From contig CM060731.1 in assembly GCA_030704615.1 (NCBI GenBank), positions 18,786,001 through 18,850,000 of the forward strand: 64,000 nucleotides of DNA. The letters run 5' to 3'. Positions within the stretch are counted from its first letter, which is position 1. Every line of letters starts with the position of its first letter. The notes below the pieces were generated by a model. That model was not told where the DNA came from, made no database searches, and worked only from the letters and a program-made list of their open reading frames with translations. The position numbers and the translations under genes were made by a program. Below, piece by piece: positions 39,564 through 50,992 of this stretch. The DNA comes from Takakia lepidozioides. Lineage: Eukaryota; Plantae; Bryophyta.

Positions 39564-42500
39564 GGTCAGTCTACTGAACCCTTGTGAGCAAAGAATTCAG
39601 CTCATTGCTTGTAAATATATTTCTATTTGTACATATATTTCCATCTTCCATCATATTCATGTGTCGCACCGGCCTCACCCTCGATTCATGCTTGCTTGAA
39701 CCAATGCAATAAACAAAATTGAGTACCTCTTACTCCGTCCCAACCAGTGCAAAACAACCGTGCATGCATTGGCTGCCGTCTGGCTTTCTCTCCAGGCATT
39801 TGGGGGTCTGCGATCTGCTACGTGTAAGTGTCTTTGAATGCGACGATCAAAGGATCCGGTCACTTGCAGTTGCCGTCTCAAGGGCAGCATTGCAAGAATC
39901 AGAATTAAGTAAGAAAGATGGTGGAAGAAGCTGCAAACAGCAAATGAGTGAAGTGGCAGGGCGATGCTCCATTTTTAACATGCTCCCTTCCCCGCCATGG
40001 TGATAGAGCCACACAAATGGACTCCCTTCCCGCCACAGTGCAATTTCACGGCAACGGAACGGGATTGTCCGCCGAAACGTGATTTGGAGATGGCCTAAGA
40101 CAAGTGGCGCAGGTTCTGGCCTTGTAGTCAGGTTGTTCACACTTCAATGCACACATTTCAACACATTCAACCATATGCCCAAGATCACAACGTCCTCAAT
40201 CGTGAAAATTGAAATTCCACGTACGTCCTCCGATTCCTCACACACACACGAACTGTAGAGACATGTGGTTTTCCAGGATGTCGTTGTTTGAGTCGATTTT
40301 GGTCATTTCTCTCAGTGTCTTGTTGAAAAGATTATAGTTATGATGGGAAGCATCGTGATGGCTTTTAAATGGTTTGTTGTTGAGTGTAACTTTTCATCAT
40401 GTTGTGGAATCTACCGGTTGGTATAAAATGTCAACTGTCTTCTCTGCCAAAGGATGTGCGGCTGAACCTTTCAAATTGAGATTGCAGGAGGAGGGAATTG
40501 ACGGTAGTGAAATGGGAGTGGCAGAGCCAAATTGAGGAATCTCTGCAAAGGAGAATCCGGCCCCCTGCAACGGCGTGCACAAACAGCATTGAAGAGGCTC
40601 CCCAATAAAAATGAGTTCCCCTCGCCCATGCGGAGGACTTCCAATTAATCACCCCTGTAGACAGAACACCCGAGATGACAGGTTGTGGGAAAGAGAAGTG
40701 GCACGTGCCCGAGCCCTTGGGCTTTCAAGGATGTCATGCCCATGTGAACGTTGTTTGGGCACTACAAATAGATCTGAGGACGGTGTGCGCACACATCTCC
40801 TTCACCACAAAAGACATGAAGCATTTCGGGTGTGGATTGGAGATGGACCTGCAGACGAAGACGATGAGGAGTGGGCACAATTGGACAATGCACACCCCCG
40901 AGGGAGCCATACAGACAGGCCAGACGAGGACTATGTCATGGGCGCAGGACATGAACCAGGCATGGACGGAGGGGTGGAGATTACTCGAATGTTGCAGGAA
41001 GCATTCCACATCATGGACGATGCTGAAGAGGGGGATGGCGCTGCGACAACTGGGGATGGTGATGACGCAGGAAATGAAGGCATTCACGTGGGGGAAGGCG
41101 TGGAAGGAGGTGGAGATGGATAATTGAATTCTGCACACATGACACTAGAAGAAGCATGTGTGCCACTGTACGAGGGATGCAAATCCACAAAGCTTGCTGC
41201 CACCATGCTGTTGATGAACCTGTGCACAACCCACGGTGTCTCAGACCATTTTGTGGATGAGTTGTTCTCTTTGCTTTGGCTGAACTTGCTTCCACAACCA
41301 AATGAAATGCCAAAAAGCTGTCACATGGCCAACCAAATGATTGGGAAGCTCGGCCTCAACTACGTGAAAATACATGCATGTCCAAAAGGACATGTACTTT
41401 TCAGAAGAGAGTACAAGGATGCTATGGAGTGCCCCAAATGCGGTGCAGCCCGATACCATGATGTGGGCAGGTTACAACAGCCAGCCAAGTTGTTGAGGCA
41501 CTTTCCCCTTATCCCCCGTCTATTACGAATGTACAAATGCAAGACCATTAGTGAGCTCATGACTTGGCATTCCAGGAATGCCTCAAACGATGGTTTGGTA
41601 AGGCATGTCCCAGATTCCCTTGCATGGAAGCATATAGATGCAACTTGGCCCGATTTCGTCGAGGACCCACGCAATGTGCGATTGGCTGTATCTACGGATG
41701 AAGTAAACCCATACGGATCAAAGAGTTGCACATGGTCCACATGGCCCGTGCAGTTGGTGGCATACAACGTGCCACCATGGTTGACAACAAAGAAATTCTT
41801 TATCATGTTGTCTCTCTTGATTCCAGGCAAGGAGTCCGTGACAAATGCAAACATAGATGTGTATTTGCAACCATTGATTGAAGAGCTACAAAAACTATGG
41901 ATTGGAGTTGAAGCTTACGACATTTTGAAACCAGTAGGGCAACAGAGTTTCACCCTCCGTGCCATACTTATGTGGTCAATCCACGATTTCCCCGCATATG
42001 GCCTTGTTGCGGGTTGCAAGACGAAGGGCTACAAAGGGTGCCCCATTTGTGGGCCCTATGTGGATTCACGGCACTCAAAGCCACTAGGGAAGACAATATA
42101 CATGGGGCATCGACGTTACCTTGCAAGAAACCACCCCTACCGACGAGCAGGAAGGCACTTCAATGGATGTGTTGAAAAGAGAATGGCACCAAATGCTGTG
42201 ACACCGGAGGAGACATTGCAATTTGCAAAGGAGAAAGAGGCATTCATGGAGATTGGAGGGAGAGAAGGAAGTAGTGCGGATCCAGCTATGGAGCACGGGG
42301 TGAAGCGCCGGACAATCCTTTGGGATTTGCCATACTGGAAGGTGCATGAATCCCCCCCCCCCCCATTCACTTACTTTCTTTCACATTGTGCTTCCTGGAA
42401 TTACCTTTACTATCAGGAGTCCTTCCACCAACTCCTAAGTCAGTGTAACTACTATGCAGTAGATGTTGAAGTCGTATACCTCACTGTGGAGAAGATCGTG

Positions 42501-44221
42501 GAGTTGTTGAAAGCAGAATGTAGTAACATGGACAACTTCTGCCACATATTCTACTTTTTTTGCCCATAGAACTTGGTCTCATGGGAGGACATTTGGCATT
42601 TTAGAACCTCTTGCAGCGGTACCTCCTGGACCCATGCATTGTGAGAAGAACTTCTGCGAGAACATTCTGAAGACTATCTTTGGGGAGAAGGATACGATAA
42701 ACGTACGAAAGGACATGGAGAGGTCACATCTGTGGCTAAGGCCTAATAGACCAGGCAAAGTGCTCATGCCAGCAGCATCATACGTCCTGACCAGATCAGA
42801 GCAAGAGGATTTTTAAAGACATTGGGAGCCATGAAAGTGCCAACCGGATTCTCGGGTGCTTTCCAAAAGCATGCCATAAACAAGAAATGGTCGGGGATGA
42901 AGTCACATGATCTACACGTGATGATGCAACAGATTTTGCCAGTGTGCATTTGGGGTATGATGGCGCCAGGTCCTCGAACAGCCATAATGCGTGTAAGTCG
43001 AGTGTTTAGGAAGATTTGTGCAAAGGTGTGGGATCCGAGGGACATTACATCGTTGCATGAGGATGTGGCTATGACCCTATGTTTGCTGGAGAAAGAATTC
43101 CCTCCATCATTCTTTGACGTCATGACGCACTTGCTAGTGCATCTTGTAGAGGAGTTGCATGTGTGTGGGCCCGTAGCCAGCCGGTGGATGTACCCCATGG
43201 AGAGGTACATGAAGGATCTGAAGGGGTATGTACGCAACATGGCACAACCAGAGGGGAGTATGGCGGAGGGCTACATCCACGACGAAGCCCTGGGCTTCAT
43301 GACAGAGTATATGTCTTCATTTGATGCAATACAATGACGGGTGTGGGACGAGAACGAGGAAGGAGTTGTAGGCGAGGTCCTAGAAGGTGGTGGAACAAAG
43401 CGTGCCATGAGCCCGTGCCTTCGGGATGTGGCACATGATTATGTGCTGAACAACACAACAACCATGACACCATGGAGACAGTGGGTGCCAACTTACATCC
43501 CTCCTGTGCTATTCTTAATGGTCTTTGTATGCTGGAATTACATATATATTCTCACAAGTCATTCCGGCCACCAACGACGCAATGGCGTGAGCGTTGCACG
43601 TGAGCGCGCGAGCGTACGCTCACGCAGGAGTGACGTGGCGTGAGCATACGCTCACGCCAGCTGACGTGGCGTGAGCCTGCACACATGCTGACGTGGCGTG
43701 AGCGTCATGTCAGCATGCTGAGGTGGCGGTAAATGATGACATGGCACTGTCCGTCAACTGCCACGTCAGCATTAACATGCGCCGCCTATAACCGTGGATG
43801 GTCCTATGACCGTGGAATTAATGCAGGGAATCTTGCCTAAATAGAATCAAGACGAGCGTTGAGGCCTACAATTGCAGCATCCAACATTGTGCAATTACAA
43901 ATGCTTGTTTCACTTTTACAATTACGAAGACGACAAAATATCCTCACAAAGTGTGCGCCATAAAGGCTGCCACGAGAAGACTTCCTCCCTCCTCAAATAA
44001 CAATGAGAGTTATGATCATCTTCAAAAGATGATTGTAGTGCATAGCGACAGCAAGACATGTAGACTTCGAACGGTGCAATGACAAATGTGCACTACCTAA
44101 AAGTTGTCACTCACAGCTCACTCCGTATAGTTGGAGGCCATATCATTGCACAGCCGACGAATTGATGTGAATTACACATTTCAAATCATGGTCATCCACA
44201 AACCACATTACATAGTTCATG

Positions 44222-47200
44222 CTACCCATGTGTTGTATCCCGCTGCAAAAGAGTATCGACCTCGTTGAAACTCATAGTGGCCTGGTGAATGAAGTTGTCA
44301 CGTTTGGGATCGCAAACCATCCTCCTCAAAAATATGAAATACAAATGTTTGCAGGGTATGAATTTACCTCTCTTGCCCAAACTGGTTGATAGCATATTCA
44401 CAAAATCAGGACATGTGCAATTGGGGAAATTGGAAACCGTGATGTCGTAGGTCCTGTCATGAACAACAGATGTGGAAGTGATGATTGTGAATACCCGACC
44501 ATATCCTGGATCGGGTACTTCCGTGGTGCTTCCGACACGAGCTTGGAGCATTCTTGCGGACTCCACTTTGCCAAAGTGTTCAGCGGTTGGAGGGAAACGC
44601 CGAACGAGCTTTCCATCTCGTTTGGTTGGCCACAAGTCAGGATTTGCCGGGGGATCCGGGAGGACGCAGAAGTAGTAGCACATGCATGGAGTTGGGGTTG
44701 TCTCGCAAGGGAAAAACCTGCCTCCTCCAGCATTTCAATCTCCTGAAAGCTGAGATGTGTTCCCACCTTCACGGGCCAAACGGTTGGAGGAGATGGCTTC
44801 ATCACTACGGAAGGACGCACAGTTCCATGCACACATCTGGCACAATCATCTGCGCAGAACCAGAACTTGTGGTTCTTGGCTTCTGATTGACCGTATGGAC
44901 GCATCAAGCCCGTGAAAGTCGGAGCAGGAGTTCGGGCACCACCTCTGGATATAGATGAAGTGCACTTCTCGAAATTAGTTGCCCTGATCGCTGTACATTT
45001 CACACGAGACCCGACACTTGTGCGTTCTATGTGCCAAACGTGGTCGGGGCATGCGGACTCAAGCACATCAAGGGGGTTGTTTCTCTCCTGCACCATTTCA
45101 GTGGCACGGTTTGATGCTGGAGCTTGCCGTCGTGTTGGAGGTTCCTCCACAATGGAGGTTCCGGACATGGAGCTGTCATGCAGGGGAACACGAGGCTTCG
45201 AGAAGTTATCCCGGTCTGCCCTGTAGGAATCTGAATCCGAACCAGGTGGAGTGTTCAATTTCCTCTTACAGGAGCCGAATCTCTCCTCCCTTTCAAGATG
45301 TGGAACTCTAGAAACAAGTGGCGTTCCCTGGGCATACATGCTCACCGCCCGTGCTATCTTGATTGGATCCCCAGATCTGTTTGCAGCACGCAACATCAAC
45401 TCCCATTTGTCCGGACCCTTGCCACCAACCCCACCTCGTAAGAAATCACGGTATCGGGTTTGTTGTTGCAAGGCACGTATCAAATCATCTGTTGTTGCCA
45501 CATACAAATCCCGACCTCGTTTCCCAGACTGCTGCAACCATGCATTGTGCACAGTTTCTGCCAAATTGCAAGATGGCATGTCCGCCATTTCCTCAATGGA
45601 CATGTTCTGCAAAGAGGATAACCACACTTCAGAACAGTGCACAGGAAACAACATAAAGAAAGCAATGAGTCAAAAATATGGAAAGCAAATGTATGAATAA
45701 AGCATGAAATAGAAGCCTCGTACCATTGTCATGGCTGCTCCCCACTGTCTATACCGGAAGTGCCAAAACGCCAGCCAATCTTCCAATGCTCTCATACTCT
45801 CAAGTGATGCAGCTCCAGAAGAGAACCACCAGGCACGAATTGTCTGGAACAAAGTGTCCGCCTCCTTCATTGTTCTAGCATCTTTGTACTCTTTGCACAA
45901 TTTACGGTGCTGAGTCTGCATCTCTGGTTTGATGTCCGACTTTGTATGTTTTTCCAGAGATTGTGTCCAATGGAATAGACATGTACGCTCTCTTCCTGGC
46001 ATAGGCACTTTTGGGTCGCCCGATCCGAAGACAACACGAATAGCATTGAAATTTGCTTAAGCACTATCCGCCATGAAACCTGCAAAATTTGGAGATGGCA
46101 GCCCATGGTAGCCCATGACACGTATCAGGGAATTCCACATGAGCTTCTGGGATTCCGTATCCTCGGATTGCATATCACAAACTGCAATTGTCATAACTCG
46201 TTGGTACACTGGATCGTAGACATGACAAGCCATTGTCGTCCAATCCTTCACTCGTTTCACATGATCAAACATAAGAAAACAGTTCTGCAAGTCCCCAGTC
46301 TTCTGCATCCGCTTCACGAGGCTAACCCCACTGCCCTCCCCAACAGTCGACATTTTGAAAAGAAAAACTTTGATGGCACCTTGACCTGGGAATACATTGT
46401 CCTGGATGTAATCGTACTTGCTCACTCGTTTCAATTCCAAAATATTGTCTATGTAGCCTCTGATCCCAGAGCCCATTCTCAATGCATTGATCTGATGCCG
46501 AATGTTAGGTGAACTTAAAGTGGAGAAATGATCCATGACCAGGTCCAATGCTGCACCGTCAAGTTTAGTCCCCACAGAATCTCCTTCACTCAAAATATGG
46601 CTTTCCAAGAAGGACTTGCTTGCGCCAATAGCAATTGCAGATGTTGTTGCGGATGGGTTTCTCCCGAACTCCTGTTTGATCAACCTCGATACTGTCTCAA
46701 CACTCTCCCTGTAATCCCCCTTCGAGACAGGATGGTTATGGAATCCAAAATGCACACAAGCTCTCGTCATTGTATTCAAACGGTGGACAACATAGTACAT
46801 TCTTGCTCCGCAGAGCGCCAAACAGGATGGCACAAGTTTGCATAATTTGCAGACGAAAATGTTTGCCGGTGGAGGGGCAGTCCCAGGCTGAAATGGATTT
46901 TCCGCCAGACCCTCCCATTTGCTTTGATTATGAACCCCAGACTGAAGAAAGTGTCTGCAATTCAAATTATCACACCTAAGGTGTCCATTGCAAACTGTCC
47001 TCCTGAAAACAAGTTTGTCATCATTCTGAATATTTGATGTTTTTGTTCTGCACCACGGGTGCCCGTCGTGTTTCTTGTCCATTCCATGCATCATGATTGT
47101 TACACCTCCAACTCGCGGAGGAGGAGGCAGCTCGAATAGGATATCGCCATCAAAAGTCTCCGGCAAGAACTTCACATGCACCTGCTTCAAAGATTCCCAA

Positions 47201-47736
47201 TCAATTCCCCGCAACTCACTTTTGAATCCAGCCATTCCTCCCATCGCCCGCAATTTTGGAATGACACTACAAATCTCTTCTTCATCAGCTTCTGCAACCA
47301 CAGTAGGAAGGACTGGATTTGGAATTTCACTTATGTCATCATCGGAAGAATCCGAAAACTCAACGATTGGAGTGGAGGAAGTCTGTTCTTTTTTCACCAC
47401 CACCTCCCTCTTGTCTTCAACGACTGAAGCAGCAGTCCCGGGCGTCACATATGACCCAAGGGACTTTCGCCGAGGCTCTCCAAGTACTCTGTATCGACCA
47501 GGACGCACTCTCCACTGGCTGATATGAGCCGTCTCATCACGGTTTTGGAAAGAATATTTCACCAACTTCCCTTTCAGATCGTAAACCTCTTTCTCCAAAA
47601 AGATGGAGCCATTCTGCAGCTGAAAACGGGTAGCCAAGACATGTTCCAGAACAATTGCAAATCCATTGTCAATGACTTCCTGGGAGAACGGCACTGGTTT
47701 GTCGTCTGAGAAGAACTCCGCTTCAGAGGAAGCCAT
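44222..47736 (-). pseudogene. MULE-type DDE transposase with GCM/WRKY-like N-terminal zinc domain and C-terminal SWIM finger
   Basis: GCM-like WCRTKTSN..FRRTVCNGHLRC...C...CKLC...C.AR...HFGFHNHP. Catalytic D1 LMFDHV, D2 FMADSA, CxxH CLFHW, E NLAETVHNAW. SWIM CTCPDF...CKHLYF. Intron 45723-45607, TAA at 46057-46059, frameshift near 44680. Confidence 0.85.
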
Positions 47737-48576
47737 CTTCCTTCCTCGAGTATGTTTGTACCTTGCTATCGCAGATCTAGTGTAAATCGGTTTACTGCTG
47801 TCTCCAGAACACAGATGAAGAATGAGCAGAGAATATGGCGGAGGAAGCTCAGATAACGACTGTGCATATTATGTTATTCTTTCCAGATATGCAGCCGTCC
47901 ATTTTAATTACTTTTCTTGTGGGCCCAGTGGTCAGAGTATCCCTAGGGGCAGTGTCGACAACTGTTAAACCGTTAATCAGAACCTCATCAATAAACCCAA
48001 TAACAAAGCCGACTTCCTGGAAGCATGCCACAGGATCTGAGAATAGGATTGCAGATTAAGTAAATGTATCTATATACTACTACCAATGATCATGCGCACC
48101 TGGAAAGTTCCAAATGTGAAACGAATGTGGGGTTTGGCTAACAAGGATGACCGTGTATGATATTCCAAAATTTGTCATCAAACTCTCGTTCATTTATATT
48201 TATTTGTTTAAGACCGCGCATCAATTTCTGGGATTCGCTGTTATTTTTAAATATTGAACCCGTTCTAATAAAGAACACGCCGTTTTTTTTGGGCGGCGCA
48301 CGTCAGACATCCATAACTGAATACGAACAGCTGTACACCAATTGCTGGCATGTGCACTAATAAGGAAACGACTATGTGTAACGGTCACGCGGGAGGGAAT
48401 CCGATGCTTCTAGAGACACGCAAGAACGCAGGCAATCCCGCAAGAAATCGGGAGTCACTGCGTTTTTCTACTTTTCGCGCTTAGTCAAGCTGGAGAGGGT
48501 TCTTTCTAGAATACGAAAGAGCAGAAAGTCTCTTTATTTTACTTCTCTTAGAGAGAGACGCAGAGCAAGAGAGAAA

Positions 48577-50992
48577 ATGATGAGGCGTCGTTTGTTGGAG
48601 AACACAGGGCCAAGGCAGCAGGTGAACGCGGAGACTGATTCACAAGAGCAGACGGAGACTGAGGCAGCGGCTGCGACACAGTCGGCGATAAGAGTGCGCC
48701 AGCCTGTGGAGGCAGAGATGATTCGCAGGGACACTGAAGAAGGTGGAAGCACGCGGAACGCCGAACCTGGAGAAGGTCAAGAAACCCTTGCGCAGACAGA
48801 AACTCCAGCAGATGTGAGAGGGAAGAGGAAAGCGGCTGAAGGGGATCAAATTTCAAAACCTAAGAAGGTGCCAGTAAGTTTTATCATATAGTCTGTCTGA
48901 TTGCCTTTCAAGGAGTCCTTCCTCTTCCCTTCTTTAGCAGGAACTACTGAATTGCGAGCGTCGTTAACGCCATTCGATTCTCCTCATGAGATTTATGTAC
49001 CTATGTGTTTGAAGAGAGAGTCTGCACTTACTATTCTCCCTAAACTACACTGAATGTCGTTGCCGCCAATCAGTTGCACATGTATGTCATTACACAACAC
49101 AGATCCGGCAGGTCGTTATCTTTTGTGATTGTCGTTAACGCCGTTCGCTATCGCTCTCGCTTTTGTTTTGAATACGGCAGTCTCAGCTTTGCATGTGTAG
49201 ATTGTGCTGAATTCTTTCACACCATTCATGGTGAGATTCCTTGATAGAGAGTGATGGTCGTTACCGCCATTCACTATTTGCAAATCACTCAGTCAGAACT
49301 GAATGGCATCGTGCAGAAAACTGTGAGGTCGAAGCCTACAGGATCAGAGGGGAAAGGATCTGGAGATGGGGACGAGTCCGCAAAAAGCTCAGAGAATACA
49401 GATGAAGCAGATGAATCCGAAGTGCACTACCTTGACAAGGTGAAAGAACTCATGTCATTCCAGAAGGTAAACTCTCAAGAGGTTATAAGGGACATGCTCG
49501 TATCTGGAGGGCGTCTGGACATACCTCTGTGCCGGATGATATCAATGCCTGTTGTGCGTCCACCTCTTTCCCATGACATAACAAAATTGGAGAGTGATTT
49601 TGTGCATGGATATAGACTTGGTGCACAAGTTTTTTATGTGTCACTGACGGATATAAATGGGAAAAGCACATTAGTGTCTCCAGAGATCAGTGATAACTGG
49701 GATGAGTGCTGGAAAGATGCCAATGAGGAGTTCGAGCTGGGCCTCATGATGGGAAAGAACACCCAGCAATTCTGCAACCACATGTTCTACGTCTGGGACG
49801 GCAACCACCGATTGCTGGCATGGATGGGATACATTCAGAAACACCATTCGAAAGACAAAGACAAGCATGTTGCTGTGGAGGCAATGGTTTTGGATCCAGG
49901 AAACGACATCGCTAGGCTTCTTACAGCTATGCACGACGTGAACAAGTAAGTCATCCAGGAGATTTCATTCCCTCTGTAGTGTCTTGTTAATCCTCAAAAA
50001 ACAGTGTTAAGGAATGCAATATTTCCAATGTTTTTGCAGATCGACAGAGAAATCGCATGTGACAACAAGCTTGGTTCACACACTATTCCGAATTCAGAGG
50101 ATTGGTCTGATGAAGCTGGATGATTTTCGGACAGTACTACCACCCAATATCATCAAGAAGTGCGAAACAAGAAGAGCTGCAGGCACTTGGTATTCTTTGA
50201 CACGAGAGGCGTTTCTGGAGTACATGTATGCGGTAAGCCTGAGTCTGTAATCTGTTTACTTTTCGAATACATGTTTGTAGTCCCTTCGGAGCTAATCACT
50301 ACTTGAATGAATGCAGCAAGAACTGGCAGAGGCAGCTGAGAAGGGAAAATCCGAATATTACCGCACTACACCAGAAGAACTAAGGACATCAAAGGGTGTG
50401 GAAGCTGCAATAAAGAAGGAGTTTGAAATGCGAAGAACCAAATTGATGTCAGCCTTCGGAAAGCAGCTTAGAATAGTAGATCCTGGACTTGGTCCTGAGT
50501 TCCTTCAACAGATCAAAACACACTATGACAAGCATGTGCATCCGGAGATGCAGCAGGAGAAATTGCACCGGCTGGCCATATCGATGGTCGACCCACAAAC
50601 AAAAATAAGGTGGCTGGAGATATGGAACTCAGATCAAACAGTAAAAGACTTGAATCAGTTCCCAAAGAGCACCATACAGCCTGGCACAAAGGTGGAAGGA
50701 ATCAGTGATTTGGTGTTTGATAACTGGCTCCACAAGGCTACATTTTGGAGTCAGGTGTGTATTCGAACATGATGTTTCTTCTCTTCAAGTATGTGATGTG
50801 TATCTTTTTTGCAATTCTGACAAATATACTATTTGCAGCTCGAAAAGCGCGCCGTCATTGTGCTGGATCAGACTTTGAAGGACCTGAACATTGCGATTGT
50901 TTCCCCTCCCCAAATGTCATTGGAGGCATACATAAGGAAGTGGAGAGGTCTCACCTGGAGATACTGTTTTTTCCGGGAGTTCTCCAAAGATG
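48577..50992 (+). CDS. MULE accessory protein with ParB/sulfiredoxin-like domain (~570 aa open, 3' end probably lost)
   Basis: Phase-consistent GT-AG exons 48577-48873, 49317-49945, 50040-50232, 50317-50754, 50839-50992 with no internal stop. VRP.L..DI.KL..DF..GY......FYVS ... FYVWDGNHRLLAW ... AMHDVN matches the ParB-N/Srx motif order. Confidence 0.7.
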
